Positions 48,384-57,904 of a stretch of DNA of 64,000 nt are shown here, piece after piece. This stretch comes from Spirochaetia bacterium (GTDB lineage Bacteria; Spirochaetota; Spirochaetia; DSM-2461), in assembly GCA_963668315.1 (NCBI GenBank), contig OY764216.1, positions 4,640,001 through 4,704,000 of the forward strand. Reading direction: 5' to 3'. Position 1 is the stretch's first letter. Each line of letters starts with the position of its first letter. A model generated the notes under the pieces. The model saw only the letters and a list, made by a program, of their open reading frames with translations, did no database searches and had not been told where the DNA came from. Made by a program: the position numbers and the translations under genes.

Positions 48384-50435
48384 ATGAATGCAAAACGAAA
48401 CGCCGTACTGATAGCTCTGACCTTTTTCCTGGCCGGTCTTTCGGCAGACAGCTTTCGTATTGTTCCCAACTACGGCCACCTTGACAGCGTCATTGCTCTC
48501 GGCTGGGATAAAGAGAGGGATATTCTTCTTACTCTGGGTGAAGACAACTATTGCCTTGTCATAGAGATAGATGAGAATCGGGTCCTGAACAGAATTCCCC
48601 TGGAAGGAAATCCCGCGATTTATGCCCTGAATCCCGTCTATCCCGAATTCGCAGTGGTGACCGAACAGAACGAATCCTTTCTTCTGACGCTCCTCAACTG
48701 GCAGACGGGGGAAATACTCTCCCAGAGGGAAGAGAAAAATATCCCCTTTTTCCTGGAATACTCCCGTTCGGGAGATTTCCTTCTTACGGGAAACGGCTCC
48801 GTCCAGCTGCTTGATCATCTGAACGGAGATAAAGCAGAGGGTCCGGACGGGATTTCCGAACTTCTCTCTTACGGATACCTCGGCGGCTCGGAGAAAACAT
48901 TTATGGGATACAGTCCCTCGGGCAGGCTGATCTATTACGACAGATACACATCCCAGATCAAAGGGCGTGCCGATACCGAGGAAGATCTTACCGATCTGAC
49001 CGTACTCAAGGACGATGTCCGCTTAATAACCGCCCGGAGAGACGGTTCCGTTTTCCTGATAGACAGGCAGACGGGCAGAGTCCTTGATACCCTTGAAAAG
49101 GGGAATATCCTCTCCTATAACAGCCGCAGCGATGACGGTACCGTCACAATACTGGAAGAGGACGGTGACGAACAGTCCTTGACGGTCTATAACATCAGAC
49201 GGGATAAATTCTCCCGCATAACGGAGAAAAAGATCGATCGCGAAATGGGAATAAGGAGAGCCATCTATACACAGAATAGCTTTCTCCTGGGAACGGAAAA
49301 GGGAGAGATACTCTCCCTCCCCCGCAGGGGCTCCTCCCTTCGCAATCTTCTCTCAGCTTCTCCCCTGGTAATCGATCATCTCTCCCTGGCCAATCACAGC
49401 CTCCTTCTGAAAAACGGAAATAACCTGGCTATCTGGGAATCTCCTTTCTTTGAGCAGGAAGATTTATCACCCAATCACCTTCTAAATATAACCAGCCGCA
49501 GCCTCACGCTGCCCCTCGAAAACAGCCTTTTTGAATCCTTCGAAGACCGGGGTGTTATCTGGCAGCCCGATGAAGAGATCAAATACCCCTACTATTTCCT
49601 CAATGATAATCTGGAACTGACGGCCCTTTTTGAACCGGAGAATACGGGGGACGAAGAAAAAAATCCCATTGGTTTTCGGAGGGAAATAAGCTACGGTTTT
49701 CGGGATTTGAGTTTTTACAATGATCTTGAAACAGTAATTGATGAGGATAAATCCTGCCATGTTTACCGATTAACCCCCGGTGAAAGCGGCTATGAAAGGG
49801 AGGAGATCTATACCTACTCCCATGCCGCACTGGAAACGGCTGCCATGGTTTCGGAGAACCAGCTGGCCGTGGGGACAAATACCTACTACGGCGGGCGCAA
49901 CGGAATCAGTCTCACCAATATCCTCACAGGCGAATCCGTTCCCATCTCCGATGAGAGAAACATTGTCACGCAGTTTCTGCCCGACCGGGAGGGAAAGGGA
50001 TTTTATTCCCTTGGGTTCGCTTCGCGGGAGGGAAAATCCTGGGCCATTGTCAAATACCATGATTTTACCGATCTTTCTGGAGAATCGAAGAGCGTCATGG
50101 ATTTTCCCCAACCGACGACTAACGAATGTGAAATGACACTGGGAGGAGACGGAAACCTCTATGTGACTTCTCCCGACGGGACATGGCGCTCCTCGGAGAA
50201 GGGCGATTCCCCGTCCTCATCGTCCCTGGACAAAGTCTATGCCAAGGGAGGATACCTGTTTCTCATAGACAGGGACCACAGCCTCGTCATTTACAGGGAG
50301 GATACTCTGGCGCCTATCGCACGGGCCTACTTCTTCGAGGGAGGAGAATGGATGGCTATCGGTGCCGATAACCGCCATTATTTCTACTCCTCAGAGGCCA
50401 GGGATCTATTTAACGTATATAAAGTTCTGGATTAA
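48384..50435 (+). CDS. Exported WD40/beta-propeller protein
   Basis: Signal peptide; GHLDSVIAL...LTLGED repeats. Confidence 0.75.
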   Translation: MNAKRNAVLIALTFFLAGLSADSFRIVPNYGHLDSVIALGWDKERDILLTLGEDNYCLVIEIDENRVLNRIPLEGNPAIYALNPVYPEFAVVTEQNESFLLTLLNWQTGEILSQREEKNIPFFLEYSRSGDFLLTGNGSVQLLDHLNGDKAEGPDGISELLSYGYLGGSEKTFMGYSPSGRLIYYDRYTSQIKGRADTEEDLTDLTVLKDDVRLITARRDGSVFLIDRQTGRVLDTLEKGNILSYNSRSDDGTVTILEEDGDEQSLTVYNIRRDKFSRITEKKIDREMGIRRAIYTQNSFLLGTEKGEILSLPRRGSSLRNLLSASPLVIDHLSLANHSLLLKNGNNLAIWESPFFEQEDLSPNHLLNITSRSLTLPLENSLFESFEDRGVIWQPDEEIKYPYYFLNDNLELTALFEPENTGDEEKNPIGFRREISYGFRDLSFYNDLETVIDEDKSCHVYRLTPGESGYEREEIYTYSHAALETAAMVSENQLAVGTNTYYGGRNGISLTNILTGESVPISDERNIVTQFLPDREGKGFYSLGFASREGKSWAIVKYHDFTDLSGESKSVMDFPQPTTNECEMTLGGDGNLYVTSPDGTWRSSEKGDSPSSSSLDKVYAKGGYLFLIDRDHSLVIYREDTLAPIARAYFFEGGEWMAIGADNRHYFYSSEARDLFNVYKVLD

Positions 50436-50722
50436 TCGTGAGCCGGATTCAGACTGATTTTCTGAATGGCTGAAATGACGACTTTTCTCACGTCTCCTTC
50501 CAAATCGGGGTCCTGAGCCGTGCTGTAAATGGTTCCCATGAGGGAGACCCGATAGCGCGGTTCAAGCCGATTCAGGGAGATACATACCATATCAAGGACG
50601 CAGTCTTCACATTTGCAGACATCCTCATCGGGAATCTTGTCCAGCTCCTCTTCCATAATTCTAAAGACCAGTTCTTCCGTGTGATTCTTAAGGTTGGACA
50701 AGTCGTATGCTTCAAGTGCCAT
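50432..50722 (-). CDS. ComFB-family protein
   Basis: NHTEELV, CKCEDCVLD, LNRLEPRY, NPAH. Confidence 0.85.
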   Translation of the reverse strand: MALEAYDLSNLKNHTEELVFRIMEEELDKIPDEDVCKCEDCVLDMVCISLNRLEPRYRVSLMGTIYSTAQDPDLEGDVRKVVISAIQKISLNPAHD

Positions 50723-50737
50723 GATATTTCGCTCCTT

Positions 50738-52084
50738 CTATGGTGATTGATGGGTAAGTGACTCAAAACGTGTGTAACGGGGAATAAACATTACTTCCAC
50801 CGTATCGGTGGGGCCGTTACGCTGTTTGGCCACTATAACCTGCGTTCTAATACCATTTTCGTCGCCTTCACCGTTTTTGTCAACAATACGTTCACGATGG
50901 AGCAGCATTACCACATCGGCATCCTGCTCAATAGCACCGGACTCACGCAAATCGGCAAGACCGGGCGCTTTACCTTCGGTTTGACGTCCTACCTGGGAGA
51001 GAACGACAATAGGTATGTCCAGCTCCCTGGCTAGCGCCTTGAGTGAGCGGCTTACTTCGGCCATCTGCTCGTGACGGGGGGTGGATTTGTCCTCCGGTGT
51101 GATCAGTCCGATATAGTCAATGAATATGATGCGGACATCGTATTTCGCTTTCATCTTTCGGGCCATGGACCGCATATCCAAAAGGGAAATATTCGGCGTG
51201 TCTTCAATATACAGGGGCGACTCGTAGAGACGACTGGCCGAATCGGCCAGTTTCCGGAAATCCGATTTGGAAAGCAGTCCCGTTCTCAGCGAGTTGGAGT
51301 TAATCCGCGCATCCAGGGCCAGAAGACGCATCATCAGGGAGAGATCGGACATTTCCAGGGTAAAGAATCCGCAGGGGATCTTCTTTGTAACCGCCACATT
51401 GGCCGCCATGGAAAGGGCAAAAGCCGTCTTACCAATGGAAGGACGGGCGCCGATGATGATCATTTCCGAATTCTGGAATCCCGAAGTCAGCATATCCAAT
51501 TCCTGAAAGCCCGAGGGTACTCCGGTGAATTCCCCTTTCTGCCTATACCGCTCTTCCACCATTTCCACGGCATGACGAACGATTTCCCGGGCGGGCTTGA
51601 GGTTACCGTGATTCTGGTTATCACTTATTTTAAAGATTTCCTTTTCCGCCGATTCGATGGAGTTCCGTGAATCGATGGAGTCGGAATGAACATTGGCTAT
51701 CATCTGATTGGCCACGTTGAGAAGATTGCGCCTTACGGAACAGTCTTTGACGATACGGGCATAGTATTCGACATTGGAAGTAGTCGGAACAGATGATGTC
51801 AGGTGGGCCAGATAACCGGCGCCGCCGGATTTCTCCAGCAGCTCCATGGTCTTCAGTTCCTCTTTGACACTGAGGATATCCGGAATGGCTCCTCGGTCAA
51901 AAAGGTTCATAATAGCCCGGAGTATATTCCCGTTGGCCGGTTTATAGAAGTCGTCAGGATGGACAAGACTCAAAACCAGATCGAGTATATCTCCGGAAAA
52001 ATTCAGCAGAAGAGCGCCGATGGCAGCCTCTTCCGCTTCTTCATTGTAAGGTGGGATTCTGTCTTTAAGAGACGGAGAGCTCAC
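50738..52084 (-). CDS. dnaB: Replicative DNA helicase
   Basis: GARPSIGKT, IDYIGL, DLRESGAIEQDAD, KQRNGP. Confidence 0.97.
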   Translation of the reverse strand: MSSPSLKDRIPPYNEEAEEAAIGALLLNFSGDILDLVLSLVHPDDFYKPANGNILRAIMNLFDRGAIPDILSVKEELKTMELLEKSGGAGYLAHLTSSVPTTSNVEYYARIVKDCSVRRNLLNVANQMIANVHSDSIDSRNSIESAEKEIFKISDNQNHGNLKPAREIVRHAVEMVEERYRQKGEFTGVPSGFQELDMLTSGFQNSEMIIIGARPSIGKTAFALSMAANVAVTKKIPCGFFTLEMSDLSLMMRLLALDARINSNSLRTGLLSKSDFRKLADSASRLYESPLYIEDTPNISLLDMRSMARKMKAKYDVRIIFIDYIGLITPEDKSTPRHEQMAEVSRSLKALARELDIPIVVLSQVGRQTEGKAPGLADLRESGAIEQDADVVMLLHRERIVDKNGEGDENGIRTQVIVAKQRNGPTDTVEVMFIPRYTRFESLTHQSP

Positions 52085-52545
52085 TACTCGCCCTCTTTCT
52101 CGATTCCCTTTACTTCTACCTTAAGATCGGCCGATTCTCCGCCGTAAAGTTTAACTTTTACGACATAGCTGCCAACGAGTTTGATGGCATTTTCGGGTAC
52201 TTCGATCTTTTTCTTTTCCAGGGCAATACCCAGTTTGTTGAGTTCGTCAACGATAGTCTGAGAAGTAACGGCTCCGAAGAGTTTTCCCTTCTCGCCGACG
52301 GGCATGGAGATTTCCAGCTGTTCACCGGCAAGGCGATCTTTGAGACCTAAAGCGGCCTTTCTCTTCTCGTCCTTTCTCTTTTCAATAGCGGCATGTTTCT
52401 GCTCGAGATTGTTAATATTTTCTTTGGTACATACCACAGCCATTCCGCGGGGAATAAGGAAGTTTCTTGCATAACCGTCGGCTACGACTTTAACATCTCC
52501 CTCTTCTCCCAGATTAGCCACGTCCTGACTTAGAATAATTTTCAT
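52084..52545 (-). CDS. rplI: 50S ribosomal protein L9
   Basis: GYARNFLIP, KLFGAVT. Confidence 0.97.
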   Translation of the reverse strand: MKIILSQDVANLGEEGDVKVVADGYARNFLIPRGMAVVCTKENINNLEQKHAAIEKRKDEKRKAALGLKDRLAGEQLEISMPVGEKGKLFGAVTSQTIVDELNKLGIALEKKKIEVPENAIKLVGSYVVKVKLYGGESADLKVEVKGIEKEGE

Positions 52546-52572
52546 TACGGTCTCCTGTTCTTACAAATATTC

Positions 52573-52860
52573 CTACTGCGCTACGAAGGGCAGAAGGGCG
52601 ATGGCTCTGGCTCTCTTGATCTCTTTGGAGAGCTTTCTCTGATGTTTGGCACAGGTTCCGGTGATTCTTCTGGGAAGGATCTTACCTCTTTCTGTGGTAA
52701 AACGCTTCAGTGTATCCACATCTTTATAATCCAGGGTCAGTTTGTTGGCACAAACCTTACAAACTTTCTTTTTGAAATAAGTTCTCTTAGGACCTCTGGA
52801 AGGTCTGTCAGAACGCTCGCGGGGAGCGGAATTTTCATCTCTTTCCATATTATCGGACAT
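52573..52860 (-). CDS. rpsR: 30S ribosomal protein S18
   Basis: [19 protein letters not shown]. Confidence 0.97.
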   Translation of the reverse strand: MSDNMERDENSAPRERSDRPSRGPKRTYFKKKVCKVCANKLTLDYKDVDTLKRFTTERGKILPRRITGTCAKHQRKLSKEIKRARAIALLPFVAQ

Positions 52861-52967
52861 ATTTTTTCTCCTAATGGCGGTCTGCATCACAGCAAACCGG
52901 GTTAGCTTTTCTTACTAACTTGATTTCCGTCGGCCGGTTTGATAACCGGCCGGCATCCTCAGGACAA

Positions 52968-53477
52968 TCAGAAGGGTATATCGTCTTCGTAATTGTCTTG
53001 GCTGGGCTGAGAAGGCGGGGTATAACTTTCGAATGACTGGGATCTCTGCCCGGACTGACCGGAAGGTCTGCCCTGCTGCTGATAGGATCCCTGGTTCTGG
53101 TAGCTTCCCCCCTGAGAGGGGGCTCCCTGGCCAAAGGACTGATTCTCCGAACGGCCTCCGAGAAGCTGAATGTTGACGGCCTCTATCGTCACTTTGCTTC
53201 TCTTCTGTCCGTCCTGTTCCCATCTTTCCTGCCTCAGCTGACCTTCAACAGCCACCTGAGTTCCTTTAGTAAGATAGGAGTTGAGCGATTCGCCCCGTCT
53301 GCCCCAGAGGTTGAGATCGAAGTAATTCGCTTCGTCCACCCACTGGTCTCCCTGCTTTCTCCTTCTATTGACGGCGAGACTGAATTTACAAAGTGCGAAG
53401 CCTGAATTCGTATACATCAGCTCCGCATCACGGGTGAGTCTACCTACCAGCATTACTTTGTTTATATCGTCTGCCAT
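52968..53477 (-). CDS. ssb: Single-stranded DNA-binding protein
   Basis: NKVMLVGRLTRD, C-terminal DDIPF. Confidence 0.97.
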   Translation of the reverse strand: MADDINKVMLVGRLTRDAELMYTNSGFALCKFSLAVNRRRKQGDQWVDEANYFDLNLWGRRGESLNSYLTKGTQVAVEGQLRQERWEQDGQKRSKVTIEAVNIQLLGGRSENQSFGQGAPSQGGSYQNQGSYQQQGRPSGQSGQRSQSFESYTPPSQPSQDNYEDDIPF

Positions 53478-53483
53478 AATAGA

Positions 53484-53765
53484 TTAATCCTCTTTTCTAA
53501 CAAATATGTATTTGAGTATCTCGTCGGTGAGTTTCAGATCGTCTTCGAGTTTGACGATGATTTCCGGATTCAGATCAAGATTAAAGAGATGGTAATGACC
53601 GTGCTGCTCATTGTCGATTTCGTAGGCAAGCTCGCGATCACCGCGGTCCTCTTCTGATTCGATCGTTGCAGATCTCTTCTCAAGAACCTTCTTTACCGCT
53701 TCTATACCGGTAACGTACTTATTCTCTCTTGTCCGGAATACTACCATTAATTCGTATTTTCTCAT
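53484..53765 (-). CDS. rpsF: 30S ribosomal protein S6
   Basis: MRKYELM, LAYEI; first gene of rpsF-ssb-rpsR-rplI. Confidence 0.93.
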   Translation of the reverse strand: MRKYELMVVFRTRENKYVTGIEAVKKVLEKRSATIESEEDRGDRELAYEIDNEQHGHYHLFNLDLNPEIIVKLEDDLKLTDEILKYIFVRKED

Positions 53766-53769
53766 GTTT

Positions 53770-53820
53770 CCTCCTTGCGGACTTTATTGATTTACCCTTA
53801 CAGAGTAAATAAAGAGGCCC
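53770..53820 (-). promoter_or_regulatory. S6:S18 autoregulatory leader
   Basis: CCTC-[CTTTATT...AATAAAG hairpin]-TCCG-CAA-GGAGG: CCR motif, anti-SD pairing. Confidence 0.6.
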
Positions 53821-53935
53821 GAACAAGATAGCATGATCGCGAAATGGTGTCAATGGGACCCGGGCCATATAAACCATTTGTTGTCGCCGTGATAAAAAGT
53901 TAATAGTATTCACCGGTTCTTCCGATTATAGAGCT

Positions 53936-54397
53936 ATGACGGAAAACGTGAATTACGAGGATAACCTCTTCTTTATTTCCCAGACTATCGATCTTTTGAG
54001 AAAAGGGGCTCTTCTGAATCTGGACAGGGAGCTTTTTTATCAGAAGATAATGGAAACCCTGTTTTCCACCGACGCCTCCCTGCAGAGCATATACAAGAAC
54101 CTGACGGAAAACAGCTACCTGATAAACCGGAACCTTTACCTCCATTCTGTTATGAAGAAAAAAAGGAAATTCACCGAGATACTCACCGCCTACCTCGAAG
54201 GGGACCCGGGGAAATGGCTGATTGAGGAAGAACACCGTTCCCGTCTCCAGAGGATACGGGAGATCCATACATCGGACATTCAGGATATCCGCAGCACCCT
54301 CTCCCTGACAGCGGACAAGGAAGAGGACCGGGAAGTCATCTCCCGGGACGAGATGAACTTCCTTATGGCACCCGGTCTGCTGGAAGAAGACGAATAA
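53936..54397 (+). CDS. Spirochaete hypothetical protein
   Basis: Helical ORF divergent from rpsF. Confidence 0.75.
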   Translation: MTENVNYEDNLFFISQTIDLLRKGALLNLDRELFYQKIMETLFSTDASLQSIYKNLTENSYLINRNLYLHSVMKKKRKFTEILTAYLEGDPGKWLIEEEHRSRLQRIREIHTSDIQDIRSTLSLTADKEEDREVISRDEMNFLMAPGLLEEDE

Positions 54398-54400
54398 AAC

Positions 54401-55867
54401 CTATTTCATAATAAGAGGGCTTATACCGTCGTACCTGTCCCCTTCAAAACCTATCTGATTCCCCTTATCCGAGTATATTCTTACCTCCAGGTGAAGGTGG
54501 GGCCCGGTTGATTTACCCGTATTGCCGATATCGCCTATCTTCTCATTCATGGAAACGAGATCGCCTCTTTTGGCATTGGACTGATTCGCCAGATGGGCGT
54601 AGAAGGTCGTAAAGCGGACAACCTCCGGATAGGAAGCCCGTATCTCCGACGTGATTTTATGCTCTATCTCCACGCACCAGCCGAAATCGTGATTTTCCTC
54701 ATTCACGATAACCCTTCCGTCCGTCACGGCCACTATGGCGCCGGGCGTATCATCGTCCCGGATAAGACTTTCCGAACGGTTCGACGGATCAATTTTCAGA
54801 ATATTGCTGATATTTATGATGTCCACGGCATAATGGGGCCGATATCCCCCTTCCCCCAGAGGGCTGGCCCTCTTCGAGGAGTAACCACTGGATATAATAT
54901 ATCCCGCCCCGTCATTCGCTCCGCCGTCATCCCGAACGGGATAGGCCAGATGGGAAAAGACCATGCGATAGCTGTCCAGTTCCAGTATGTTCTCCTTATC
55001 GGTGGCCAGAAGCAGTTTCGCTTCATTCTCCGAATGGGGGAGCCGGGTAAAATGGTAATACATTTCACCGAAACTGGAAGATTTTTCGATCAGAGAAGCC
55101 AGGTAGTAATAGGCGGTACGGCGGTTCTTCTGCCAGGCGGGAATCTCCCCTACCGACTGCTTTACCATTTCCGACATATTGAACCTGTTGAATTCCAGGT
55201 TCTGCTGCTCTCTCTGAAGACCCATCTCCAGAGAGTTCAGATCCACCATGACCGTCGAGATCTGATGATTCAGGTCATTGAGGACATTCTCGTTCAGGGT
55301 GGCGCTCTTTTCTATGGTTCTGTCGAGCTGATTCACAATCCGCACCATACGGTTATACTGGAGATTCCCGGTAAAGAGAGTGGTAAAAAGCCCGAAGACC
55401 AGTACGGCGGAAGCCACGAGAAAATAGATATGGGAGTAGGATTTTCTGACAAAGGGCCGCAGGGCATTGTTAAAAGTCCTGTGCCTTCCGGGAAGTTCCA
55501 GGTAGGGTCCCTTCCCTTCACCTCCGTCCATTTCCAGCCGCTCGCGCAGATCGACGAGTTCCCGGGGAAGCAGCCCCTTGTCAATGGCGCCTTCGTTCTT
55601 CGAGGAAGCCGCAAGAGACCACTCCTCTCCCTGCGACAGAAAGGCCCAGTAATAGGAAAGGGCGTCCTCCCTCTCTTCGGGGAAAACCATCTCCGTCACG
55701 ACCAGTCTGTCCTCCCCCTCCCTCTGGAGGCGAAGATAATACCGGGCCGGTTCGCCGGTGACAAGATTAACCTGATCATTTCTCTGTAAAACGTTTTCTC
55801 CGCCAAGCAGCGTTTCGCACCGTTTGACGATATGATTTATAATTGTTTTTTTTAATTCTCTTTCCAT
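54401..55867 (-). CDS. M23-family peptidase with TM and coiled coil
   Basis: HYAVD, YAHL, GNTGKSTGPHLHLE. Confidence 0.9.
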   Translation of the reverse strand: MERELKKTIINHIVKRCETLLGGENVLQRNDQVNLVTGEPARYYLRLQREGEDRLVVTEMVFPEEREDALSYYWAFLSQGEEWSLAASSKNEGAIDKGLLPRELVDLRERLEMDGGEGKGPYLELPGRHRTFNNALRPFVRKSYSHIYFLVASAVLVFGLFTTLFTGNLQYNRMVRIVNQLDRTIEKSATLNENVLNDLNHQISTVMVDLNSLEMGLQREQQNLEFNRFNMSEMVKQSVGEIPAWQKNRRTAYYYLASLIEKSSSFGEMYYHFTRLPHSENEAKLLLATDKENILELDSYRMVFSHLAYPVRDDGGANDGAGYIISSGYSSKRASPLGEGGYRPHYAVDIINISNILKIDPSNRSESLIRDDDTPGAIVAVTDGRVIVNEENHDFGWCVEIEHKITSEIRASYPEVVRFTTFYAHLANQSNAKRGDLVSMNEKIGDIGNTGKSTGPHLHLEVRIYSDKGNQIGFEGDRYDGISPLIMK

Positions 55868-56871
55868 TAAGGCTCCGTAACGGTGAACTCTACGCGGCGG
55901 TTAAGCGCTCTGCCTTCCTCGGTTCCGTTATCCGCGACAGGCCGGGTCGCCCCGTACCCCTGAACAGACAGCCTGCGCGGCCTGATTCCCATGGCTATCA
56001 GTTCCTCCCGGACCGCTTTGGCACGGTCGAGAGACAGGGAATACATAGCCCCCGGGTCCCCCACCAGCGCCGTATGTCCGGCTATTTCCACAGGAAAGCG
56101 CCCTTTGTCAATCAGTTCAAAAACCTCTGCAAGCTCCTCCGAGGAGGACGCCAGCATCACACTGCTGTTCGCTTCGAAGAGAAGCCGGTAGGAAATATGG
56201 AGGACTTCCTTTTCGTGAATACCGTTGAGGCGGTCCTGCAGCTCCCTCATCTCCTCTTCACCGATCTTCCTCGGTTCTTCGGGAGACTGTCCCTCCCTAA
56301 CCCTTGTGTAGGAGTCGTAACTCAGGAGCAGAGGGTCTTTGCCGCCCCGGCTGCTCACTTCGGTTATCCCCGAAAGGGCATAAACCACTGTCCGCTGCGG
56401 ATCTACATCAAAAACCAGTTCCGTCCCCCTGATCCCGGCCGTGGCCTGGGGAGTGACAACCCTGTAGGACTGGTCTTTGATAAGTTTATGGAATTTGGCA
56501 TACAGCCTTCCTTCCCTGTGGTCTATGCTAACGCTTTTCACCGAAATCTTATCAAGTTCTGTCAGCGTATTTTCGGCCATGCATATCAGACTTTCCCGGT
56601 TCAGGCGTATATCCACCCGTCCGTTTTCTCCGGTTTTCAGGGCGGTTCCCTGTGAAAGGCGGGTACCGGTTTCCAGTACGGTCCAGTCGGACTGGCCTTT
56701 CGTTTTATAAAAACACTCACCCTCGGTATAAGTTACAAGGGGCCGTTCCTGTATGAGGAGAGGAGCCTGTACGGCGACTTTATCCCTGCCTTCCCAAACG
56801 GTCATCCACAAAACAAGGGCCAGAACCGGAATCAGAAGAAAGGGGAGAAAAATCCTTCTTTTAATTTTCAT
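55867..56871 (-). CDS. FecR-domain + OmpA-domain protein
   Basis: VVTPQATAGIRGT; IAGHT, LSLDRA, NRRVEF. Confidence 0.85.
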   Translation of the reverse strand: MKIKRRIFLPFLLIPVLALVLWMTVWEGRDKVAVQAPLLIQERPLVTYTEGECFYKTKGQSDWTVLETGTRLSQGTALKTGENGRVDIRLNRESLICMAENTLTELDKISVKSVSIDHREGRLYAKFHKLIKDQSYRVVTPQATAGIRGTELVFDVDPQRTVVYALSGITEVSSRGGKDPLLLSYDSYTRVREGQSPEEPRKIGEEEMRELQDRLNGIHEKEVLHISYRLLFEANSSVMLASSSEELAEVFELIDKGRFPVEIAGHTALVGDPGAMYSLSLDRAKAVREELIAMGIRPRRLSVQGYGATRPVADNGTEEGRALNRRVEFTVTEP

Positions 56872-56992
56872 ATTAAAAAGAATAATGCAATGGGAAGCCG
56901 CAGTCAATAAATCGGAATGTGCCTGCCCTAAAATTCCCTGTTTTTTCCCTCCCTTACTTGCCATCCCCCGGTAATCCTTATATGATTGTCCC

Positions 56993-57739
56993 ATGAATCT
57001 CATCATTACCGGATACGGCCGCATGGGCCGGGAAGTTGAAAAAATATGCCTTGAAAGGGGCCATTCAATACTGGCACGAGTGGATAAAGGCGGCCATGGA
57101 GACCAGACGGAACTCACAGCCGATTTGCTCTCCCGGACGGACGGGGTCGTTGAATTCGCCCTGGCGGAAGGATTTGAAGATAACTGTCGTCTTTACGCCG
57201 AAGCGGGTGTTCCCGTCGTTGTGGGAACCACCGGCTGGTATGACAATGCCGATAAAATTGAGGCTCATATAAAGGAAAAGGGAGGGTCATTTCTGTATGG
57301 CTCCAACTTCTCCATCGGAGCCCATATTTTCTTTACCCTCACCGAAAGAGCCGCTCAGCTGATCAGCGAGATTCCCGACTACGATATCATGGTGACCGAA
57401 TACCACCATAAGATGAAGAAAGATTCCCCCTCGGGTACGGCCATCACCACGGCAGAGAGAATTCTCAAAGGCTGTCCCCGCAAAACAACGATGCAGTTTG
57501 AAAAGCTGGACCGTCAGATAGAGGACCACGAGCTGCATGTCGCTTCGGTGCGAGGCGGCCATATACCGGGAATTCACCGGGTTTACCTGGATTCTCCCGC
57601 CGACACGATAGAAGTAACCCACACCGCCAGAAACAGAAGCGGCTTCGCTCTGGGTGCCGTCATGGCCGTTGAGTGGCTCCAGGGTAAAAAGGGATTCTTC
57701 ACCGTAGACGATTTCATTAAAGACTTTTTTAAGTTATAA
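56993..57739 (+). CDS. dapB: 4-hydroxy-tetrahydrodipicolinate reductase
   Basis: GYGRMG, GTTG, EYHHKMKKDSPSGTA. Confidence 0.95.
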   Translation: MNLIITGYGRMGREVEKICLERGHSILARVDKGGHGDQTELTADLLSRTDGVVEFALAEGFEDNCRLYAEAGVPVVVGTTGWYDNADKIEAHIKEKGGSFLYGSNFSIGAHIFFTLTERAAQLISEIPDYDIMVTEYHHKMKKDSPSGTAITTAERILKGCPRKTTMQFEKLDRQIEDHELHVASVRGGHIPGIHRVYLDSPADTIEVTHTARNRSGFALGAVMAVEWLQGKKGFFTVDDFIKDFFKL

Positions 57740-57750
57740 TATAATTTTTA

Positions 57751-57891
57751 GAGCCTTTTTCAGAGCGAACATATCGTTCCAGAGGCTAGGCGGTTCTCAG
57801 ATCTGACACCGCAGTGTACCGGAAGTACAAGAGGATGACAGATCAGAAACCAACGCCCCATACGGAACAGGATGTAGCTATCAAATGGCTC
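57751..57891 (+). ncRNA. Rod-like structured RNA candidate between dapB and dapA
   Basis: Nested pairings GAGCC/GGCTC, ACAT/ATGT, GTTCC/GGAAC, GGCG/CGCC, GATCTG/CAGATC, TGTAC/GTACA; TATAAT just upstream. Confidence 0.55.
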
Positions 57892-57904
57892 GGAGGAGTA
57901 AACC

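Noticed and set aside
57751..57891. Canonical lysine riboswitch or SRP RNA
   Set aside because: Single rod, without the lysine P2-P5 junction or the SRP CAGG/AGCAG loop
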